Source of the DNA: a virus
DNA: 37,282 nucleotides
Virus record (IMG/VR): IMGVR_UViG_3300046792_000149
Strand: one strand, 5' to 3'
Part shown: positions 30,880 through 37,282 of the stretch, piece after piece
Layout: each line of letters begins with the position of its first letter
Numbering within the stretch: position 1 is the first letter of the stretch
Notes under the pieces: model-generated
What the model was told of the DNA's origin: nothing
What the model saw: only the letters and a program-made list of their open reading frames with translations
The model's database searches: none
Made by a program: the position numbers and the translations under genes

Positions 30880-33800
30880 TACGTCCACCTTTCCGCGGTC
30901 GTAAGCTTCTGTGGCCCGCGCTTGATGCCGACGACGGCCGCCCATTGCTCGAGACGAAACGTTGTGTTCCCCGACGGCAACGTGAGTTGCAAGCGGAACG
31001 CGGTGCACTTCTGGTTACGCGGCGCGAACTCGGCGCGCACCGTTGACGCGACGTCGGTAATCGGGGCCGACGGTGAGCCGTGCTCACTAACGGGCGAGAT
31101 GGCCCCCGTTTCGTCGAAGTTCCAGAGGACCGTCATGGTTGGCGTGATACTACCACCGCCGGAAATGGTTGCGCCAAGCGCGCGCGCGCGCCGCAAGCGA
31201 AATCGACCTTGCGGGCCGGCGGATTGAATCCAGGCAGAACCAATTGACGGTACGAATGCTACTCCGCCATCGTCAACGGAAGTCGAGTCGCCCTCAAATG
31301 ACATCGTTCCGGCGTTCGTGTAACGGATTTCGATGCCGTTGGCAGACATTCGGGAGATGGCAAAGCCGGTGCTACTGACCCCCGTCCCGGCTCCCTTGTC
31401 CACGTACCAGATTTTCTGCTGCCGGTAGTAGACCAGGGTGATCATCTGACCACCGAACGACGTCATGCCGATGAATCGCACCTCGTTCGTCTTCGACGAG
31501 AAAACGCCGCTCAAAATCGGATACTGGAACCCGCCGAGGTCAGGCTGGTTGAGAAATACGTCTACGCCCGCACCCACGAAGTCGATTTGACCGCTTCGGT
31601 CAACACGCTGGAACCCGCGAGCGCTCACAAAGAAGGCTTCGGCGCCCGTGGACACTACCGGAGTGCCGACCAGAGAGCCGACATCGGAATCGATGCGCGT
31701 AACCGTGATGGACGAGCCGCCGCCGAGGTTGTCGGGTCCGTCGCCCGCCACGGCGTACACCGCGCCTAGCTTGTGCACCATGAGCTTGTCATCGAGCGCA
31801 TAGAGCGCCGTCGGAGCGCCCTTCTCGTCGGCCAGCGGGATCACCCAGGGAGTGACGCCCGTAAACTCGGGCTGCAGCCCCCTTTGGAGAGGCTTCGACA
31901 TCCACAGATTAGGGAAGTCGCGCTCGATGCCCCAGAAGCGGTTTCCGAAGATGGCCGTATGGGAGAAAGCCGGCGTGATAGTCGCGGGCACCTCGCCAAA
32001 GTAGAAATCGCCGGTAGCAAGCGTCACGTCGGAGACCTGGTCCAGGAACGTGAACGACGTCAGGGCCGACGCCTTGCCGGTGCGCGCGTTCACCAGCTGG
32101 AACACGCTCCCGTTGGCCTTGGTGCGGTAAATCTTGACGGTGACAATGCGGTTCAGGAGCTCTAGGCCCGAGATGACCACCGCGACCGAAATCTGATTCT
32201 GGCCACCGGTCAGGACCGTGACCGTCGGCGTGCTCGGCGGACTGCGCCAAACGTCGCCATTTTCGTTGGGCACCTCGACTACGACTTGATGCCCATAGGT
32301 TGACGTCACGGTCAAGGCTCCGCCAACGCCAGGAGTCGTAACCGGCTTGATCGGAATCGCCGAAAGCCCATGGCCCACGAGCTGCGCTCCGGCACAGGTC
32401 AGGAGCTGCCCAGCCGGCAGAAACGATGCCGAATTCGTCGAGATACCTACGCCTAGGTTCTGCGTGTTGAAGTCGAACGTGTTCAGGTACGTGACCGTCC
32501 AGCGGTCAATCGCGAACTGACTCGCATCCGCGCCGGCCGCCACGCCATAACGACCCTTTCGCAGCAGGCCGCACGTATAGATTCCGGCGCCCTGCACGTG
32601 CACCAGATGGCCCGGGGTGACCGCGCCGGCTGCTGGGCCTGCCTGGAGAGGCAGCAAGCGCGCCTGCGGCTCAGGGAACGCATTGACGCCAACGTTGGAG
32701 CCGGTGGCGAATGGTATCGCCATCTCGAAGTAAGAATCCTGCGGGTCGGTTACCGCATTGGCGTGGATGCCGGCCAGGAAATGCATGGCGTCAGTGCCGG
32801 CGTCTCTCCAGGCCACGCTATCGATCGAATACGGGCCCGTGGCGACCAGCTGCATGCGTGCCCCGACCACGCCAGCAACCTTTTTGACCGAGGCCAGCGC
32901 GCCACCGCCACCGGAATAAACAATCATCCAGTCGGTGCTGGAATAGGCGCAGCCCGTGACCTGATTCGACGAAACCGGGTCGGCCATCTCTGCGGTTAGG
33001 AAGGCCCCCGCCGAGCTCACCCGGACGACCGTGGTTTGCGGGAGCGTGCTTGAAAATGCGATGAACCTGACGCCGCTATTGGTCGGGTCAGGCATCAGAG
33101 ACAGCGCCACATCAGGGTTGAAGCCGGCCGGGGCCGTGAACACGGTATTGGCGCCAGACGTCGCATCGAACTCGATGAACTTGCAATCGGGAACGTTCGA
33201 CCTATAGACGACAGTGACAGTCGCGCCGCCGTAGTAGTAGGCGTCCATGAAATGGATGGCATTGACCGTCCCGGGCTGTGTCGCGCTGTGAACCACGAGA
33301 GCACCCGTGGTTCCGTCCCAGCCGTGGACGTTGACGACGTTCGTGGACGTCTCGACGTAGATCAACCACAGGCGATTCCCGGCAGTGATGCAGCGCGGAC
33401 GGATGCCCGTCGCCGATACCAAGCCAGTCGGGAACGTGGCCGAATTCGGGAACGTCGTCCCGTCCGCCTTGTTCTGAATCCGGTAGAACAGACCGAGGCT
33501 AGCGCCCACGGTCCCCGCCCAAGCGGTCAGCGAATACACCGACCCTTCGCAGTAGTCCACCTGGACGGGCGCATCGACGGCAGCCACCGGCGAGCGCGAC
33601 CAGACCATCGGCGTTGTCTGGCCGCATGACGTCGCGTCCATGCGTTGCCAGCGGCTCGAGGTGGCGCCTGACTGATAGAGCAGCGCGGCCGGCGACACGC
33701 CGACTTCGTTGGTCATCGCGATACGGCCGCCGTTAGGCAAGCCGATTTCGCGCACCGGGAATGAAGGGATGTCATCGATCGCGTTGTGGGTGTTGCCGTT

Positions 33801-33941
33801 GCGCGCGCGCCATTCGTTGTCGCGCTCCTGGCGAACATTCTCCAGCTTGATGAACGAGCCCGGAGCCACTGCGAGCGGGGATTTCTTCGTCTCGATGCCG
33901 CCGGTCAGCGGCCACGAGATGGGAGACCATTCGACGCCCAT
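30879..33941 (-). CDS. Large tail structural protein (1020 aa), nozzle / tail tubular B-like by position
   Basis: Largest ORF and beta-rich throughout. It follows an adaptor-like gene, in the same order as T7-type gp11-gp12. Confidence 0.4.
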   Translation of the reverse strand: MGVEWSPISWPLTGGIETKKSPLAVAPGSFIKLENVRQERDNEWRARNGNTHNAIDDIPSFPVREIGLPNGGRIAMTNEVGVSPAALLYQSGATSSRWQRMDATSCGQTTPMVWSRSPVAAVDAPVQVDYCEGSVYSLTAWAGTVGASLGLFYRIQNKADGTTFPNSATFPTGLVSATGIRPRCITAGNRLWLIYVETSTNVVNVHGWDGTTGALVVHSATQPGTVNAIHFMDAYYYGGATVTVVYRSNVPDCKFIEFDATSGANTVFTAPAGFNPDVALSLMPDPTNSGVRFIAFSSTLPQTTVVRVSSAGAFLTAEMADPVSSNQVTGCAYSSTDWMIVYSGGGGALASVKKVAGVVGARMQLVATGPYSIDSVAWRDAGTDAMHFLAGIHANAVTDPQDSYFEMAIPFATGSNVGVNAFPEPQARLLPLQAGPAAGAVTPGHLVHVQGAGIYTCGLLRKGRYGVAAGADASQFAIDRWTVTYLNTFDFNTQNLGVGISTNSASFLPAGQLLTCAGAQLVGHGLSAIPIKPVTTPGVGGALTVTSTYGHQVVVEVPNENGDVWRSPPSTPTVTVLTGGQNQISVAVVISGLELLNRIVTVKIYRTKANGSVFQLVNARTGKASALTSFTFLDQVSDVTLATGDFYFGEVPATITPAFSHTAIFGNRFWGIERDFPNLWMSKPLQRGLQPEFTGVTPWVIPLADEKGAPTALYALDDKLMVHKLGAVYAVAGDGPDNLGGGSSITVTRIDSDVGSLVGTPVVSTGAEAFFVSARGFQRVDRSGQIDFVGAGVDVFLNQPDLGGFQYPILSGVFSSKTNEVRFIGMTSFGGQMITLVYYRQQKIWYVDKGAGTGVSSTGFAISRMSANGIEIRYTNAGTMSFEGDSTSVDDGGVAFVPSIGSAWIQSAGPQGRFRLRRARALGATISGGGSITPTMTVLWNFDETGAISPVSEHGSPSAPITDVASTVRAEFAPRNQKCTAFRLQLTLPSGNTTFRLEQWAAVVGIKRGPQKLTTAERWT

Positions 33942-34303
33942 TAGAATGACCCCTTGCGCCAGCGCCCCGGCTTCCCGCCAAGCGAAAGCGGCTGAATCGT
34001 CGCCGCGTCATCGTCGGCGAGCGTTGACGTCGCATCCCAGACGTAGACGCCTTCGCCACCGTCGAGCGGTCCCGTACGGCCCGCGACGATGCAGGCACGC
34101 GGACCGAGTTGGCCGGCGTAGTCGCCGACCTGGTTGCGCAAGGAGCGATGGTCCTGGACTGTGATCGCCTTGAGCGCAGGAACGGTATCAGGTGTGCGCA
34201 TTCCAAGGAGCGACCGAATATTGTCATAGAAATTGGCGAGAAGACCCAGCAAGGAATCCGGGTCACCGGTCGCGCCCCTGTTTGGCTTTTGGAGCTGCGC
34301 CAT
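33941..34303 (-). CDS. Hypothetical virion protein (120 aa)
   Basis: 1-nt and 4-nt overlaps couple it to its neighbours. GGEGVYVWDATSTLADDDAATIQP...GRWRK resembles N-terminal segments of some phage fibre/spike proteins (from memory). Confidence 0.4.
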   Translation of the reverse strand: MAQLQKPNRGATGDPDSLLGLLANFYDNIRSLLGMRTPDTVPALKAITVQDHRSLRNQVGDYAGQLGPRACIVAGRTGPLDGGEGVYVWDATSTLADDDAATIQPLSLGGKPGRWRKGSF

Positions 34304-34992
34304 CAGAACGTCGGCCAGTTGGTGCGTGAACGCCGCGAGCCGCGGACGTCTTCGACCTGGTCAGGGTCGGCGCTGCGCTGGTCGGAGGCCCACCGCATGA
34401 CCTTGCCGCGTTCGCCCTTTTTGCCGTCGCCATTCGGGTCGAAGAGAGCCAGGAAGGTCGCCGCCTGCTCGTCGCTCTCTTCCTTGCCGAGAGCCTTGAT
34501 CGTGGCATGGAGAATCACGTACTCCGCGAACTGGTCGAGCTCCAGGTCCAGTACCGAACCGTCGGCAGCAAGGCGCGGAGACTGCGGGATATAGATTAGG
34601 TCGTAGGCCGCTACGCTGTTCAGGAACGGCTCGATATAGAGATTGGCGTCCTGTAGGCGGTATGACTGCTCGGCCTGCATCGAGCCGGAGCGCATGCCGA
34701 GCTTATTCAGGATTTTCTGATTCGTAGTCCCCGGGTCGCGACGCACATAGCGGACTTCACGAAAGTCGGTGACAACGGACGAAAGGACGATGAAGTTCGT
34801 AGCCGTCGAAGTGATGTTGAACGCGAAAACCTTGTTGCGAAAATCCTTGTTGACTGACGTCACGTCGGCCCAGAGTGCGTCAATTCCATCGTTCACCAAG
34901 TCGTTGAACTCGGCATCGGTCAGGAACTGAGTGTTCGTCATGTCCGCCAAAACGCGGGCACGAGCGCGCAGCTGGGCCAACGTGGCCGCCAT
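34303..34992 (-). CDS. Head-tail adaptor / tail tubular A-like protein (229 aa)
   Basis: Position is after the capsid module and before the 1020-aa protein. The N-terminal LRARARVLADMTNTQFLTDAEFNDLVNDGIDALW is connector/adaptor-like. Confidence 0.4.
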   Translation of the reverse strand: MAATLAQLRARARVLADMTNTQFLTDAEFNDLVNDGIDALWADVTSVNKDFRNKVFAFNITSTATNFIVLSSVVTDFREVRYVRRDPGTTNQKILNKLGMRSGSMQAEQSYRLQDANLYIEPFLNSVAAYDLIYIPQSPRLAADGSVLDLELDQFAEYVILHATIKALGKEESDEQAATFLALFDPNGDGKKGERGKVMRWASDQRSADPDQVEDVRGSRRSRTNWPTF

Positions 34993-35367
34993 TTACTTCC
35001 CCTTGCTCTGCTTCTTCACGCAGGCAGCGACGTAATCGGAAAGCGCCGACTTGAACGCCTCCCGCTTGTCGTCCGGCACGCCGACGATGCCGGCCAACTC
35101 CGACGCGGCGTCATCTTCCACCGCGTCGTAGCTGCCCATCTCCGGCCCTTCCCCTTCGTCGCCGATGTCCGATGGTCCCTCGGAGTCGCCGGTGTCGCTG
35201 GGCTCGGATTTGCCGCTGTCACCGGTGGCCATGTCGGCCGACCCAGTCTCATCCTCGGTGTCGGGGTTGACCGGATCAGCCGCGTCCATGAACCCCGGCT
35301 TTTTCTTGCCACCGCCGCTGCCGCTCATCTTGAGCGCAACGGCGCTGGACATTCCGCCGTAGCCCAC
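34993..35367 (-). CDS. Highly acidic, low-complexity protein (about 120 aa)
   Basis: D/E/G/S-rich core (TEDETGSADMATGDSGKSEPSDTGDSEGPSDIGDEGEGPE) with a short basic C-terminus. GTG at 35367 or ATG at 35352. Confidence 0.45.
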   Translation of the reverse strand: MGYGGMSSAVALKMSGSGGGKKKPGFMDAADPVNPDTEDETGSADMATGDSGKSEPSDTGDSEGPSDIGDEGEGPEMGSYDAVEDDAASELAGIVGVPDDKREAFKSALSDYVAACVKKQSKGK

Positions 35368-35369
35368 GA

Positions 35370-35819
35370 TTACACCCCCGTCTCGGCGTCGATTTCGACG
35401 AGGAATGAGACACCGCTCGGAACCTCGGCATCGGCATAGGACGTCTGGATGAACTGGAGTTCGATCGTGCCGTCCTTATTCGAGGTGCCGTTGACGTTCG
35501 CGGTGTCGATGTCGTTGCGACGCCAGAACCACTGAAGGCCGGTGGTATTGGCGCCATAGTTCGCGGTGTCGGGACCGAGAATGGTCACGTCCGCGCCTCG
35601 CAGGTTGCGAAACAGCGACGGCAACCGGAACGTGTACCGCCCGGTTGTCGCCGCCGTCTTCACGGCCTGGTCCATGCCCGTGAATTCGCTCTTGTCCTGG
35701 CTCGAGATGGCCCCAGCGCCGCCGATGGTGACCAGCGCGCCGAAGCGAATGACCCCCTTACGCTTGGACCATCCCAACTCGGGAAGGGCCGCCTGACGAT
35801 TGCCGAATTGGAACGCCAT
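35370..35819 (-). CDS. Putative head decoration / minor capsid protein (149 aa)
   Basis: Starts 4 nt after the major capsid stop. Composition is all-beta-like. Confidence 0.4.
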   Translation of the reverse strand: MAFQFGNRQAALPELGWSKRKGVIRFGALVTIGGAGAISSQDKSEFTGMDQAVKTAATTGRYTFRLPSLFRNLRGADVTILGPDTANYGANTTGLQWFWRRNDIDTANVNGTSNKDGTIELQFIQTSYADAEVPSGVSFLVEIDAETGV

Positions 35820-35822
35820 GGC

Positions 35823-37178
35823 TTAGGTCCAGAAAGCAACGCCGTTGTGGCAGGGAGCGTTGCACCCGACCGTTGCGTAATAGCCGGCGCGGCATTCGAT
35901 CGCGTCCTCGTCGGTCATGCGCAAGATTTTGTTTCCGTCCTGGCGCAGGATGTCGGGGATTTTCGAGGACCCCGCTCCATACGCCTTCCAGCTCGGCATT
36001 TCGAGCAGGAACAAACGGTTCTTCTGGCAGTACAGGTCAGGGAAAATCGTGATGTCCCCGAACTGCGTCTTGACCTGCACGCCGTCGAAGCCGATGCCCG
36101 CGGGCCCGGTTACCGTCGCCGGCCGGTACTTCGCTTGCCCCTGGAGCAGCAAGTTCGCATAACGGGTCGGGTTGATGTAGCCCATCTTCGGCTTGCCGCC
36201 GACGCGAGCGCACTCGGCCGCCAGCTTGATCAGGGCCTCTTCCTCCGACAGGGCAGACGCATCGAGGATGGTCCCGACGAGTCGCGAATCCGTCGAGCGG
36301 TCCGGCATGCTGAAGAACGAATCTCCGCCGCCGGGCTGAGCCGTCGGCAGCCACGCATCCATGCCCGCAACGCAGGTGCGCACCGGGCTCGCGTTGTCCT
36401 GTCGATCGCCACGAGCGAAGACCGAATCCAGGACCGCGACCGCAACGCCACCGAGGGAGTTGATGTTCGCGTTCAGGGCGAGGGTCTTCGTCGAATAGTT
36501 GATGCCCAGAACGGTCAGAAACCCGCCGGCCCCCTTCAGCGCGCCCGACGACTCGGTCAGCGCGAACTGAATGTCCATGTTCTTTTCGAACAGGTACATA
36601 TCCTCGAGGTCCTGAATGACGAGGTTCGCGGTCGCGACGTTGGTTGACGCATCGACAACGCCAATCTTGCCGAAGCCCGCCCGATACACCTTCGTGCAGA
36701 AGGAGTGCATCGTCGCGTCCATGATTCCGTCGACCTGGAGAACCATGTCGTCGTAGAACGTGCCGAGCTTGTCGCCAGCGGTCGCCAGCAACAGGCCGTC
36801 AATGGTCGCGCGGCCATAGTCGCGGAACCACGTCAACGTCGGCTGCGCAACGCTGGTAAAGCCAAACGTCGCGTCCTCCGACTTGGCCTTGACGACGCTG
36901 AACGTCGCAGAACGAGCCGGCGAGTTACCGATGCGCATGGGATAGGCAACGTTCTTGCCCGTCCATGCGACTTTCTTGATCATCGCGCCAAGCGGGCCCT
37001 TGGACCAGCCGACCGCGCCGAGAAAGTTGTTGTCGTAACGAATCTTGAGAGCGCCGACGAGGTTGTTGAACGAACCCCCGACGGTGGCGAGCGTGCCGAA
37101 CCCGAGCGCCCCGGCGAGCGAATCGAGCGCCGCGCCCGCGATGAGCAGCAGCAGAATGAAACCGAGAACATGGGACAT
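35823..37178 (-). CDS. Major capsid protein (451 aa); its 5' end lies in the terminal repeat (also seen as 1..23)
   Basis: A 451-aa ORF following portal and scaffold across the circular junction. The ATG at 37178 has a GGAG SD with a 7-nt spacer, and GC3 is high throughout. The N-terminus is unusually hydrophobic (MSHVLGFILLLLIAGAALDSLAGALGFG). Confidence 0.7.
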   Translation of the reverse strand: MSHVLGFILLLLIAGAALDSLAGALGFGTLATVGGSFNNLVGALKIRYDNNFLGAVGWSKGPLGAMIKKVAWTGKNVAYPMRIGNSPARSATFSVVKAKSEDATFGFTSVAQPTLTWFRDYGRATIDGLLLATAGDKLGTFYDDMVLQVDGIMDATMHSFCTKVYRAGFGKIGVVDASTNVATANLVIQDLEDMYLFEKNMDIQFALTESSGALKGAGGFLTVLGINYSTKTLALNANINSLGGVAVAVLDSVFARGDRQDNASPVRTCVAGMDAWLPTAQPGGGDSFFSMPDRSTDSRLVGTILDASALSEEEALIKLAAECARVGGKPKMGYINPTRYANLLLQGQAKYRPATVTGPAGIGFDGVQVKTQFGDITIFPDLYCQKNRLFLLEMPSWKAYGAGSSKIPDILRQDGNKILRMTDEDAIECRAGYYATVGCNAPCHNGVAFWT

Positions 37179-37282
37179 GACGAGACTCCGTTGGGAAAGG
37201 GGTGGACGAACCACCTGCTTTCGCGCTTTCAGAGTTTCGTCTTCGGTTTCGTCGTGTGCGCTACTACAGGACCAATCTAGAA
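37156..37282. repeat. Terminal direct repeat, copy 2 (identical to 1..127)
   Basis: See 1..127. Confidence 0.9.

Noticed and set aside
1-37282. CRISPR array, rRNA, IS elements or transposase.
   Set aside because: No regularly spaced direct repeats, no rRNA-like conserved stretches, and no DDE or serine transposase motifs in any frame. The only recombinase is the tyrosine integrase.

Overview
The window is one complete, circularly closed genome of a high-GC, temperate, tailed phage or prophage-derived element. The first 127 nt are repeated exactly at the end, so the unit length is 37,155 bp.

About 85% of the coding sequence is on the minus strand, in long operons where successive genes are chained by ATGA, GTGA or TAATG stop/start overlaps. 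Read in the direction of minus-strand transcription, the layout is:

1. **Early/lysogeny operon (about 19210 down to 7161).** It encodes an HTH regulator with a cluster of operator-like GTGAACA sites, small Cys-rich and membrane proteins, and a MazG-like NTP pyrophosphohydrolase. It continues with a FEN-type 5'-3' exonuclease fused to a RecT/Redbeta-like annealase, an SSB-like protein, an atypical 113-nt tRNA-like RNA and a tyrosine integrase. The last part holds homing-endonuclease-like proteins, a truncated C5-methyltransferase-like protein, a replication-initiator-like protein, a small Mom-like GNAT-fold protein and an AP2 + double CCHC zinc-knuckle protein.
2. **Packaging/morphogenesis operon (about 6476 down through the contig junction to 22951).** It encodes small proteins, a GNAT acetyltransferase abutting the large terminase, portal and scaffold. 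After a 290-bp non-coding region come the major capsid protein (which spans the junction), adaptor and nozzle-like proteins, and three putative ejection proteins. The operon ends with fibre proteins including an SGNH esterase, a holin-like cassette and a secreted Cys-rich protein.

A short plus-strand operon (19225-22946) encodes an HNH-AP2 endonuclease, three consecutive Cys/His-rich proteins that share a repeated motif, and a VRR-NUC nuclease. A lone plus-strand lipoprotein gene (6609-7001) sits between the two minus-strand operons.

I found no CRISPR array, rRNA, reverse transcriptase, DNA polymerase, primase, helicase or recognisable endolysin. All functional calls rest on motif reading by eye, gene order and size. 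No database search was possible.
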